The notes beneath the pieces were generated by a model that did not search any database, was not told where the DNA came from, and worked only from the letters and a program-made list of their open reading frames with translations. Positions 49,989-62,563 of a DNA stretch of 64,000 nucleotides are shown piece by piece. Each line of letters begins with the position of its first letter. Position 1 is the first letter of the stretch. A program made the position numbers and the translations under genes. Source of the DNA: a virus; IMG/VR virus record IMGVR_UViG_3300037225_000932, positions 96,001-160,000 of that record, one strand, 5' to 3'.

Positions 49989-50465
49989 TTATCCTTTACT
50001 CTGTAAAATGCTATTAAATCTTGTATCTTTCCATTCCAATTTACCATTTAGCTTGCCACACTTTTTACAATACCAATTATTAAGTCTTTTAGGCTTTCGG
50101 TGTAAACTATATTCTTTATGGCAAGACGGACAAATAGATTTCCAATGTCCATCTACGATAGTGGCAGTATGATTTAACCTATCAGGAATTGCACCAATTT
50201 CTAAGCATTTCATTTTCCAAACATAATCGTGTTTATGACTTGTTCCAACTAAAGCATGAGCAATTTCGTGAAAAATAGTATTTCTTATCTCATCTTCATT
50301 GTTCAATTTAACAAACATCCAAGATAAAAAAATAATCTTAATTGATCCTTTACAGGTGCCAAGAAAAGTTTTACTCCGGCTAAATCGAAAAGTCCAACCA
50401 TTAATAATTAGACCGTGTTTAGTCATTAACTCATTGACTAATTTTTGACAAACAACAAGGTCCAT
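49989..50465 (-). CDS. SprT-like zinc metalloprotease
   Basis: HEIAHAL...H...W plus C-terminal CPSC/CKKC. Confidence 0.85.
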   Translation of the reverse strand: MDLVVCQKLVNELMTKHGLIINGWTFRFSRSKTFLGTCKGSIKIIFLSWMFVKLNNEDEIRNTIFHEIAHALVGTSHKHDYVWKMKCLEIGAIPDRLNHTATIVDGHWKSICPSCHKEYSLHRKPKRLNNWYCKKCGKLNGKLEWKDTRFNSILQSKG

Positions 50466-50525
50466 CGGTGATATCCTATTTTAGATATGTTTTTAGAAAA
50501 TTATATTATTTTTTCAGGGCAAATA

Positions 50526-50672
50526 TCAATCATCATCTTCACTTTCATCGTGGTATTTTTCATCTTCCCAAAAATTATCTTCAGTATAATCATCTTCATC
50601 GTGATATCCAAAAACATCATCATCTTCTTCATCAAACGGGTAATCGTCTTCAAAATAAATATCTATTTCCAT
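50526..50672 (-). CDS. 48-aa hyper-acidic protein (not in the ORF track)
   Basis: MEIDIYFEDDYPFDEEDDD...; 26 of 48 residues are D/E. Confidence 0.55.
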   Translation of the reverse strand: MEIDIYFEDDYPFDEEDDDVFGYHDEDDYTEDNFWEDEKYHDESEDDD

Positions 50673-53246
50673 TTCATATCTCTCCAATTTTCAAAAACAA
50701 CTTCAACAATAAAAGGCCAACCAAAAAGAAAGAGAATAAAGATAATAAACTGAAGAGCTAACATTCCAAAAAAAGCTAATAAACTATCTGCGTGAAAACT
50801 CTCATCCTTAAACTCAACAATAAAAAGCATTAAACCCATACCACAATACAAACCAACTAAACCAATAACGAGTAAAAGCAACATATTATTCCTTTCTTTT
50901 AAGCGATTTCTGTTTTCCCTGTAGTTTCTTTTGAAACTTTCTTTGGAGTTTCAGGAAAAATGACTGGTTCTGCTATTTCTACAATTTTATCTTCTTTAGA
51001 AACCTCTCCGCTTCCTAATATTTCAAATTCAAAACAATCACAAGGAACTCCTAATTTGTCATTTTCAGATAAATAAGTGCAAGAAATACACCAAGTTCGC
51101 ACGTGATTACAGATATAAATAGTTTCACCAACTGTAACTTTTTTCAAAATCTTATGTAATTCAGGAATCCAAAATTTTGGGATACGTAAAGTTGTCATAG
51201 GTTTTTCCAGTCTTCAGTAGGATCATTATCGTCAGGGTCAGGATAATATTCGTCTTTAACTTTTTCTTTAATCTCTTCTTCGACTTCAACGTTAATGATA
51301 TCCAAATACCAAGCACAAACTTTCTTTATGAAAATCTCAGTATCAGCCAAACTTAAAAATTTTATCTTACGATTACCGATAATAGGAGCAAGAAGGGCTG
51401 TTCTCGTAAGAATAATTCTTTGCCTTTGTTCTTGAGTGAAAGACATATCGTTAAATCCAAGTTTGTGACAAATAAGTGCAAAAGTTGTTTCATCAACATT
51501 AGCGCAAGAAAGATTTTGTTTCTGAGTATTATCCATCACTCATTCTCCTTAGTGTTAAACTTTTACATTTTTATTATTTTTTTTCAGGGAGAATTATTTT
51601 TCTCTCAAAAAAGAAAACTCTCCAACCATCTGGAGAATTTCTGCTTATTCCCTAAGATAATTTTATCAAAGATTTACGATCTTGTCATAATTTGGATCGT
51701 TGAAATTCGTACTGACAATTACATTAGTTCGGAAATATCGCATACACCTATCTTTGAAATTGGTATGTTTTAGAGCTCGAATAATAGTTTCCGGGATATT
51801 AAGATTACCATATCCATCAGCCAAAGTATTAATCTGAAGGTTAGCATAATAAAATGCACTATTTTTGGTAAACTTATCTCCCTTCTTACAGAGAGACCAA
51901 CCAACATAAACAGTGCCATTAAGTTTCTTTGCCATCAAAAGACCCCGCAACTGTCCAAGATGAAAACGATATCCACCCTTATGAAGATACTGAAGAAGAG
52001 TATCATTCAAAACCTTCTTCTTAGTTTGCTTCTGAACTGACTTTCGAGCAACCTTCTTTACAAATCGACCATTCTTCGGATTGCGAGCAACATTAGTCAT
52101 CATTTTCTTTTTCCTTTAACAAAAGTGTTATATGTTTAGAACTTTATACTTTATTTCGGGGCAAACGGTGGCAAATTACAGAACCAAAGAATAAATAAAA
52201 CTGCACAAAACAGACAAAATAAGGACCACATAACATCAGAAAACTGTTCAGCCCAATCTTTCTTGTCTTCTGAATCCTGCTTGTTATCATCCATTTTTAT
52301 TTCCCTTTCCTCCAATTTCTTTAGGAGCACAATTTTTTCTTTCTTCCATAGTCCAATAATAATGATTGTTGGCACTATTGTCTTTGAGATCTCTATATTT
52401 TTCTTGTAGCTTTTTCCACCCCTTTTTGTCTTGTTTAGGTGGAACTTTATCACTAATAATTTTCATTTTTTCATGACAATCTGAACAAATAGGCTTAGGA
52501 ATAAGCCAGCTATTTCTTGTGACAGATTTTTTACAATCAAAACAAACATAACAATAAGTGCGTGGCATGATTAAGTTTTCTTTGCTTTTCTGTCTCTATA
52601 AAGTAATCCGTCAATTTCTTTAATCGCGTCAAAAGAAGAGTGTAAACTTACCGGCTTCCTTTTTTTTGCTCTTGTTACAAGTCCTTTAAGATGAGCAATC
52701 CTTAATAGATTAAGGGCATCAATATCTCTTTGACTAAAGTTGCCAACTTTTTTTTGACATTCTGGAAATAGCATTTATAGTTGTCCTTTTCGAGTGTTAT
52801 GCCTTTAGATTTTTTTATTTCTTTTCGGGGGAAAAGTTTTTCTGCCATTCTTGAATAACATTCATATATTTCAAATAAATGAATCCAGTGGCACAATAAA
52901 AGATAGGATTATTATCTTCATGAAATTGAAGTGATCCTAAAAAGACTTTATCATCAAAAACATTAAAACATTTATCGTCTGTTGTTTTTCTAAATTCAAT
53001 CATTAAATGTCCTCAGAAATACCGGTGAAAGACAAAGCTTTTCTAATTGCTTACTAAAAAGCCTAATCGTTCAGTTAAATTGGGACAATCTTCAAGAAAA
53101 TAAAGCATTTTATCTACTTCCGTTCCTTTTGGAAACATTATTTCAGCAGTAGCTTTATCATATAATTTTTCATCATTATCACCGGTCATAAATACTTCCA
53201 TTGCTACTTGTCTAATCTTTTCAATTTGTGCTGGTGTAAATCTCAT
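50663..53246 (-). other. Run of small hypothetical genes (50663, 50899, 51195, 51666, 52151-52294, 52287, 52571, 52815, 53043)
   Basis: Co-oriented, tightly packed ORFs. Confidence 0.55.
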
Positions 53247-53250
53247 AATT

Positions 53251-54324
53251 TTACTTCTTTCTTCGTAGTAATAGTATTATTATGCCAATTCCCATTAAGC
53301 AACTATTAGGTTCAGGTGTTTCTGTGTCAGAGACATAAGAAGTAGTGCCATCTCCATAAATATTTCCACACCACACATTGGCACCAGAACTAATTTCTAA
53401 ATTACCATCACAATAAATATCAACTAAATTAGTATGCGTAATATTACTAAATGGATTATATGGGCCTGTAACTAATACGGTCGCACACGCCTCAATCCAA
53501 AGTTGAACATTTTTTCCAATATAATATGGATTGCCAGTTAAATTAAAAGTCACCTGTCCTTGAACTACATCAAAAATTGAGTTATCATTGAGATCTAAAT
53601 CTGAAATTATTAAAGTTCCAGAACCAGTTTTAGAACCTTCGTCTATAATTGTTTGTCTGGCCTCTTGAAAAGTAGGAGCGGTAATCTCAATTTGTCCCCA
53701 ATGACTTAATTGAGTATCCTTAACATTATATCCAGTATTAGATTTTATATTAATAATACCATCATTAGCTACAACGGTATGAACATTTAATATACCATTA
53801 TGTATGTATTGACCGGATACTTGAAAACTACTAGTTGTAATTGTTCCATTCGTATTGTTTAATAAAGAATTAGAACCTATAGTAGTTTGGCTGTCAGTTA
53901 AAGTCCCACCTGTCAATGTATAAGACCCATTTCCGGCAAAAGGAGGATAAGAAGGATACGACGGAAAACCAATTTCTAATATATTAAAATTAGCTTTTGA
54001 TCCTGTTTGTTGAGTTATATATCCTCCATATCCATTCAAATCAGGAATACCGCTAATACGCAAATCATAAGCAGTAGCATCTGAAACTGAAGAAATAATA
54101 GGCCAAATAGTCGTTTTTAATCCGGTAAAAGGACTAGTAGTTGAAATATAAGCAATATCAGTAGATTGAGGAACAGAATGATAACCAGAGCCATTTACCC
54201 AATTTGTAGGAGACCCCCATAATGTATTATATGATCCCGTCCATCCTTGTCCGGTACCATTCATAATAGAAGCTTTTGAAGAAGACGCAATAATAAAACA
54301 CAATATAAAAAATAATTTTCTCAT
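53251..54324 (-). CDS. PEP-CTERM sorting-domain surface protein
   Basis: Signal peptide MRKLFFILCFIIASSSKA; G/T/S/N-rich beta repeats; C-terminal TPEPNSCLMGIGIIILLLRRKK. Confidence 0.8.
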   Translation of the reverse strand: MRKLFFILCFIIASSSKASIMNGTGQGWTGSYNTLWGSPTNWVNGSGYHSVPQSTDIAYISTTSPFTGLKTTIWPIISSVSDATAYDLRISGIPDLNGYGGYITQQTGSKANFNILEIGFPSYPSYPPFAGNGSYTLTGGTLTDSQTTIGSNSLLNNTNGTITTSSFQVSGQYIHNGILNVHTVVANDGIINIKSNTGYNVKDTQLSHWGQIEITAPTFQEARQTIIDEGSKTGSGTLIISDLDLNDNSIFDVVQGQVTFNLTGNPYYIGKNVQLWIEACATVLVTGPYNPFSNITHTNLVDIYCDGNLEISSGANVWCGNIYGDGTTSYVSDTETPEPNSCLMGIGIIILLLRRKK

Positions 54325-54626
54325 ATTATTCTTTTTCGGCAAAATTGATAATATTTCTAGCAGTATCAATACGAAAACGAGCAAGTTGAGTAGCATTCAT
54401 ATCTGAAGCACTTGGACTTTTTGTTACTTCAGTAGCAATAGCAATTAAATCACCACTTACTATATCTAAATCCCAAAAATATAAAACTACCTTTAGAAGA
54501 TTTAATTTTCCACAACCAAGACCAAGGCAACCAGAAAAAAGAAACTTGCCAATTATTTGCTGTAATATAAGTTCCGCCTTTATGCCAAAGTTCAATTTTC
54601 ATATTAAAATATTTCTACCTGTTTTC

Positions 54627-56204
54627 TTACGCTTCAAATCCAACTTTTCGTTCCCTCAATAAACAATTATTATGAGAACTTCCAACCTTGGTGGCACGAT
54701 ATGAATGTTTGCTTCCTGAAATTCGCTTTCCCATTACACTTGGTAACGCATCCCGAATTACTCTCCTTGCTACTCCTTCATTCTCAGCTTCTTGATCAAA
54801 TTTGTCCCAACAATAATTCGGAGCCTTTTCTTTCGTTGCCATTTGTCTTTATCTCCTTGTTTATGCTGTAATTAGAACTTTATTTACTTTTTCAGGGAAG
54901 AATTATTATTGTAAAAACAAAGAAACATATAAGCAAATAAACATAAAGTAATGTTCATTACAACATTAAAAGCAGTAAATGGCTTTTCTTTATAAGATAT
55001 ATCTATTAAAGTATAAACACAAAAAAAGAAAACACAATAAACAACTTGAAACGATTTGTTTTGAAACATAATATTTTCCTTTACTTTTTAGAGATCGGAT
55101 AAGCAGAATACCAATCTATAGAAACAATAATTAAAAATGATAAACATCCACAAGCTAAAGCAACAATCCAATGAAATAGTTCTATGTTTCCACTATTATA
55201 CCATAATAAAGATGCCAAACTAACAAGAAAAATAAAAATACTATAAGCAATTTGAAATAAGATTTTAGGCATAATATTTATCTCAACATTAAACGGGTTA
55301 TTTCGTCATTGGATTGAATTACTTCGTCAAAAGATTTTTCTAAAGCAGTAAATGATAAATTCACTTTAGAAAAAACATCACTATCTTTAATTTTAAGAAT
55401 AGCATGGCCTACTTTAGCCCTTTTATTCTCTAAATCATTCATTTTGTGAAAACGTAAATGAAGTGCCATAACTACATCAGGATAACCTAATATTTTAATC
55501 ATAGGACTTAAATCCATACCACATTCTGAACATATATTATTATTTGCCATTTCTTTGCCTTTCCATAAATTATAGGACCATTTTAGGCTAAATAGGTGGC
55601 TTAGGACGCTTTTTTCTACAAGTCAAAAATTAAACTAAAACTCTTCTTTATCACCACGACCGTATTTAGTGTCATCTGGATATTCTTCTTACGGATAATC
55701 AACATCATCTTGTTCTAAACCTACTTCATCAGCATTATCGAAACAAAGATCATAAATCTTATCATATTCTTCATCTGTCAATTTAAAAAGTTTTCCATCA
55801 CAAGTGACAAGAGTAATTTCTATTTCAGGAGGATCGCCGGGATAGCCGGGGTCTCCATTAGGAAGATACCAGACATCTGGAGTCCCTGGAGAATAAGAAT
55901 ACTCGATATAAAGTTCTATTTCTTCGTTGTTTCGTTCAATAGTAGTATAGAAATTAGATGAAAGATTTTTCATATTTTATTTCTCGATTTTAACTTCTGC
56001 GGGAATAAACTTTTTAGTTTTTTGGTTTTTAATGTGCATACTACCAAACAAGACTTGAGTTGTTGGATTTCTTAGAGAAATTGGAGGTTCACATTTAATC
56101 TGTTGAGCATAAACAGAGAATAGTTCTCTTAAACTTTCAGTAGTAAGATTAGCTAAATCTAAATCTTTGATTGTAAGAGTAAGTTTCATAATAGCTTTAG
56201 ACAT
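54627..56204 (-). other. Small hypothetical genes, including membrane proteins (54884, 55081) and acidic 55689-55973
   Basis: Co-oriented ORFs. Confidence 0.5.
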
Positions 56205-56244
56205 TTATATTATTTATCAGGGAAGAATTATTTTTGCGCGAAAA

Positions 56245-59200
56245 TTAAATAGCATCCATTAGATTAGCCGCATCTTTAGCGGTCGGAATAATACCTTCGC
56301 ACTCAACAAAAGATAGATAATCTTCATACAATTTAACTTTAATTTCGTTAATAAGATTATCAGGAACTTTACCTCCAAAAAGATGCTTAGCTTTTTCAAG
56401 TTCAGCAATCTTCTGCTTTGCCTTAAAAATAAGTCCTGTCAACTTGTCTTCTTTATAGGTGGTTCGAGTGTTAATCTTAATTTTATAATAGGCAGACATA
56501 GCCTCTAAAACTTTATTAATATCAAGGAACCAATAAGGCCCGGTCGCCCAAGGCTTACCGTGAGGCATAAGATACTGATGCGTTCCACAGTTATCATCAC
56601 AAACACAAAAACAATTAAGAGATTTGTCTTTAGCAACAATTTCAACATCTGCCTCTCCGGCAATAGCATTCGCTAGTGCTAATTTTGCGTCTTCAATAAT
56701 GTCAAGATAATGAATAAAAAACTTGTCTTTATTTTCTCTTATAAAGTTAAATTTTCCAGCTTTACTGAGAACATAAATGGTTTTGGAAAAACCTGGATCG
56801 TTTTTTTCTACGTGAAAAGTTTTCTTTCCAGTATCTTTAGCGTTTTCACAAACAATAGTATAAGTCGTTGTCATATTATATCCTCTTTTTGATTTAAAAG
56901 ATAATTTCTTATTCAAAATCAACTAACGATAAAACTTTTTTGGCATCATCTTGTGTTGCCTGTCCAGTAGAAATAAGAACAAGAACTTCCATTTGCGCAT
57001 CTTTAAGTATCTGATTACGAGCAGCCAACTTCGCTGTTTTGCTAATTTTCGTAAGACTAACTTCGTAAAGGTCTTCTTTGGCCTTAAATATAAGTCCGTC
57101 AACCTGAGAAACTTCTGTCTTACCAAGATTAATCTTATTACAGCCTCGCTTAAGGAACCAAGATCCCTTCTGATTAAAAGCCTCTAAAAGCGAAACATAA
57201 GTATCAAAGCAGAAACGATCAAAATATAAGTTAGATTGGCCGTCGTCCTGCTTAGTAAAATTTCCCGTTAATTTGTTAAAATAAACAATATCATTATTTG
57301 GCTCTTGAAAAAGAAAATTTGGCTCTTGAAAAAGAAAAAACCTTTTATCAGAAAAATTATATCCAATATTAAATCCGAAATAAAATCCAAAATACTCTAT
57401 GAGTGCTTTTGCGGCATCTTCTTGTGAATAAAACTTAAAAATAGGCTTATTGCTACTGAAAATCCAACCCTTACCGTCATGAGCGAGATGAGAAAGATAA
57501 CCATCACTAAGGGTTGCCGTTAAAACAAAAGAACCATCGCATTCAGAAAGCTTAATAGAAAAAGTCGTTATCATAGCATTTTGTCCTTTATTTTTCAGGT
57601 CTCAATATTTTCTTAGTTTTTTATTATTTTTTTTCGGGGGAGAATTAAAGAACATTTAACTTTAGCATTTTCTTGGTATCTTCTTTTTTAACAATACCAT
57701 TATCTAAAAGATGAAGATAATCTTGAAATGCTTGAAGTTTAATTCCCATAATGATATTGTCTTTATCTTTATAGAAATCGTGTTTCCTATGCCTAATTTT
57801 TACGCTTCTAATATTTTCAATATCAGACTTTGCCTGGTTAAAAAGTTTTTCAACAGGATTTTCTTTTTCGGTAAACTTAACTTCAAGCTTAAAGCCATAA
57901 AGTAAAGATAGTGCCTCAAGGATTTGAAGGTAGGTATAAAAATAACCACGGAGGTCATCATTTACACTGGCTATTTTTTCCCATTTTCCATATTTAAAAA
58001 GATGATTTCTATCACAAGTATCTTTAGCAACAACATACATCACTTTCTTGTCGCCCGGAATAAACCATACCCCATTAGGACCGTAAACACAAAAATTATA
58101 TTCACGTTTTAGAATATCAAGTAAGGCTTTCGCAGCCTCTTCTTGAGTGCTATAACTTTCTTTCGCACCCATAATAGGAGTGCAATTATTACAACTTAAA
58201 ATAAAAGTTTTACCAGTATGACAGCTAATAGCGAAAGTATTCATTTTTTATCCTTTATTTTAAGGGGTTTTAAAAAATAGCTCGTAAAATCAAAAATAAT
58301 TGACTAAGAACAATCAAAGCAATAAGAGAAGTAAACAAAAAGCAAAAATACCTGAAATGTAATATTTAACTTTCATGGTATTTAATTTATATTTTTATAT
58401 TTTTTCTCAGGGCGAAATTTCACCAATGGTAAACAATATAAATCATATAAATATTGTTTGACAAAACAAAACTTAAAGCGTCAATATGAGCATATTCGTG
58501 TTCCTGTTTCCATGCTTCAAGATTTTGATTAGGTATCCATTCAATGAACTGTCCACTTTTCATTGAATAGTGATTGTCATACTTAGCAATTTCTTGAGCC
58601 TGAAGGTCTCTCTTTTTGTCTTCAAGAGAAATAAGCATTAAAAAAACAAAAATAATACACACACAATAAAGCAAAAACATTCCAAAAGACTTGTTCATTT
58701 TATTTTCCTTGAATGTAAAAAGAAACAACATAAAAACCATCTTTACTCACGGACTTCTCAATAGTATAAGTTTTCATTTTTTAGTTATATTTTTCCATTT
58801 TCTTCAAAACGTTAGCAGCAATCTTATTACCATCTTCAGCTAGAACGGAAAGAGTTTTTTCATATACATTAAGCATTAAAGCATCTTTTTCAACCTGTCG
58901 CCCTGTTGAAGTAAGAAGAACATTATCTAATGCTTCAAACTCTCTAACTTCTTTATCTACAATTTCATCTACCTTATCCTGTAAAAAAACCTTCTTCTCA
59001 ACAAGAACCAATTCATCTTCATATACAACATATTGGCTTTTGCTTTTGCTATCCTCAACAGAACTAACATAATAATTATATTCACCATCTCTTATTTGTG
59101 TGACAATAAAAATACCAGATAAACTATTTGCACTACTCAAATAATAAGAGTTTCTAATGTTAACTATCCTCACGATATCTCCAACCTTAAACTTCTTGTT

Positions 59201-62200
59201 CTTTGTCTTTTTTACTTCCGCTTTTTCTTCTTCTTTAATTTCAGGGTAAGTAATAGTAAAATTATAGTATTTTGCTAAAGCAGCAAGGATCTCTTTATTG
59301 TCCTTAAAGAAACTACTAACAGAATTATCATGGTGTCCAAAATGATCATTCGTTTTGCCATCTTGCCACAAAAGAGTTAATTGGCATGAATTTGTAAACC
59401 GAACAGTCTTTCGCCCACTCCAACTATTCACTCCAATAGAAAGATTATAATCTTTAGTGAGTTGTTTAACGAGGGCCTCTTCTAATTCTGTAATGCTGCT
59501 GAAATTATATTGAGACCAATCGGGTCCGTCATTGCTCCAAAGACCCTTTTTTGAAAGACTAGTTACACTAAATTCAGTTATTATGTTTAGATAATAACTA
59601 ACAACTCCGGTTGCGAAATTTTTCCGTGTGCCAATGTAATACTCGGTAGACATTTTTTATTCTCCTTTTTATTAAATCGCATTAATTTCGTCAAGAGCTT
59701 CTTTAGCCAAATTGTTTCCATTATCAGCTAAAATACGAATAATTTCCCTATATGCTTTTGCTGATAAATAGTCTTTTTCAACATAACGAGCAACAGAATT
59801 GATCTTTACTTCTTCCAGAACTTTCATTTTACTAGCGAGATTTTTCACAATTTCTTCGATTTTAACTTTAATTGGGTCTTTGGGAACAATAACTTCTCTA
59901 TCACAATCAAAGCCAAAATTAAAATATTTTGCTAAAGCCAAAAAAATTAACTATTACTTTTTCTTTTTCTTTTTGTTTTATTACAGGAACATAACCGGTA
60001 AAAATTCTCCACGCTTCTTCTAAGGAAGTTGTATAAAAAAGACCATTATGCTCAATCATCTTGTCTCTGTTTTTATTTTCAGAAATAATTTCTTGTGCTT
60101 CTTCTTCACTATTTACTTCTTTAACTAATTGAGGAATACTATTTCTTTCAGCACGATATACTTTCATTTATATTATCCTTCTAAATAAACAATCTCCCGT
60201 CAAGGGAGACTGTTTAATCTTAAAAGTTAAGCAACTTCTTCTATTTCACTAGCATCTTCTTCAATCTTAGCCTTAACATCATCCAAGCTGAGCCCTGCCG
60301 CTTTAATCTTTTCTAAAACAGAAGCCAGAGCATTTTGCTTTACCTGATTAGCTTGCTGCTGAGCCTTCCATTCACCATAGGTTAAAATGGTAGGAGCAAT
60401 ATGCTCTCTAACAATAACCTCAACTCCACCTTTAACTTCCTTACTTAAATCTTCCTTGACCTTTTCAGCATCTTCTTTAGTAGCAATTACTACCTGGATG
60501 ATACCTGGCCCCGCGTGACCCTTGCGAGCGCAGACTTCAAACGAGTTTGCCATTTTAATTCCCTTTCCTACTTCTTTCTCAAGAGTAATTTCCTGAGAGG
60601 ATTTTGCTTCAACAGGCACAAAAAAGACAAGACTTCCGTTCTCAGGTCCATCACCAAACATATTAGCAGTAAACACTTCAGCGTTCATAACCCTTTCCTT
60701 ATAGTGAACTTCTTATTGTTAGTCCACTACTTTAGAACTTTATACTATTTTTCAGGGCAGAAAATTATAAGTCTTTTATCAACTTCTTAACTTCGTCAAT
60801 AACCCTAGTAGCTTTTTTATTACCCTTGTTTGACAAATTCTGTAAGACCCGTTCAAAAGCTGAAGAGATTAAGAGTGCGCGATCTATGTGTCTTTCATAA
60901 TTGGTAATTAGTTTCGACTTTTTGATCTCTTCCCATTTCATTTTTAGGTCTTTAATAATAACGTCAATCTCTTCTTTCTTGTCTTGAATTGTGATTGTCT
61001 TTTCGGCAATCTTTTCAATTTTAATGATTAGCTTAAAATCAAAAAAATCAGCAAGAGCAACTAACATTTCTCTGTTATTATTAAAATGACCCTCATTTTG
61101 AGCCTTTTTGTTTACATCAAATACGGTCTTGTTTAGTGTCCCATTCTTCCATAAATATCGTTCATTAGGAACCTGAGAGCAAGAAATATATTTTTTACTA
61201 AAAATACTACCAATTCTAAAATGGCCTAATTCTATAAAACAGTTTAATAAAGCATTTTCGGCTTCTTTATATGTGTCAAAATAATAATGATCAATAATAC
61301 TAGTAGTATGTGAAAAATATCCTGAACTTTTATTTAAGAATAGAGTATAAAAGTCGTTTTTAATATTAAGTGAAACAGAGTATTGTTTTCTCCAATTATC
61401 AAAAGCAATTTTATATGTTTTCATCTTATATTCTCCTTTTTTAGTGTTATATTTTCAGGGTAAAAATTACCTTATTAGTTTCACCATTTCTTCAATAACT
61501 TTAGCAGCCTTTTTATTTCCTTCATCTGCTAAAAGTTGTAAAACTTGTGCATAAGTGTTTGCTAGAATATAATTTTTGTTGCCCCAAGAAAAACATGAGC
61601 CATTATTATTTGCTGTAAAAGCATTTTTCCATTCCACTTTGGCCTGTTCAATAATCCTATCTATTTTATCAGTTTCTTTGGTTGAATTATCACAACCTTC
61701 AAACTTAATCTCAAACTTACCATATTTCGCAAGAGCAAAAAGGATCTCAGTCTTACTCTTAAACCATCCATCTTTTTTATCATAAAAAGTCTGACCGTGA
61801 AGTTCTCCATTTTTCCACAGAAAAATATTTCTCGTATTAGGCCGAATATCATAAACATAATATCCTTTTACGGAAGAAACATTAACGAAGCTAACTTTTA
61901 AATCCTTACAGAGAGTTTCTAACAAACACTTTTCTGCTTCTTCGTAAGTTCCAAAATACCCACCAAGTCCCCAATCTCCATTGAAATATAAATAATCCCA
62001 GTCTTGACCTTGTTTCCTCTTTTCAACCTCCCACTTTTTGTAGTTGACAGAAACCGAACGCTGGTTTTGACGAAAAACATAACAAATTGTGTTTTCAGTT
62101 TCTTTCTTTGGTTCTGAAACGGGAACTACATTAAGAGTAAACGAATGTCTTTTAGATAAAGCTTCAAGAACTTCCAAATCATCATTAAAAAGTCCATTAC

Positions 62201-62516
62201 GACTGACACCAAAAACCAATTCAACACTATTTTGACGAGACCCGTCTTTCCATAAATATTGCTTAAGACTTTCATAATGAATATAACGTTCATTTCCCCA
62301 GCCCGAATAACCTACCTTAAAACGATCGGTAATAGAGAAGTTTTTCACTAAAGAATTAGCTGCACTTTCGGCAGTCTCAAAATAAGAATTAGGGTAATCA
62401 TACCAGGTGCTTCCACTAACTGTCAAATAAAAAACAGAATGTCCATTAGTCCCTTCTATATACCATTTTCCATAATTCGGCAGTTTAGTGTCTTGTTTAA
62501 TAGTATAAGTTTCCAT
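56245..62516 (-). other. Cluster of 6-7 paralogous 200-350 aa proteins (56245-56874, 56909-57574, 57645-58244, 58781-59653, 59672-59941, 60765-61424, 61467-62516)
   Basis: Shared Y.T.EEA..AL, YLW(K/Q)(D/N)G...F....E(I/V)L.AL..Y/F.F and a C-terminal helical L...GNK.A motif. Confidence 0.7.
60227..60688 (-). CDS. Distant member of the GRG-motif family (paralog 4, tentative)
   Basis: Similar size, C-terminal helical and acidic tail, and similar terminator; weak similarity. Confidence 0.5.
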   Translation of the reverse strand: MNAEVFTANMFGDGPENGSLVFFVPVEAKSSQEITLEKEVGKGIKMANSFEVCARKGHAGPGIIQVVIATKEDAEKVKEDLSKEVKGGVEVIVREHIAPTILTYGEWKAQQQANQVKQNALASVLEKIKAAGLSLDDVKAKIEEDASEIEEVA

Positions 62517-62563
62517 ATCTTCATATCCTTTCTTTATTTTTATTAGAAAATTAAATTATTTTT

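Noticed and set aside
57297-57341. 21-bp direct repeat
   Set aside because: It is a simple in-frame duplication (FLFQEPN x2) inside a CDS, with no regulatory evidence.
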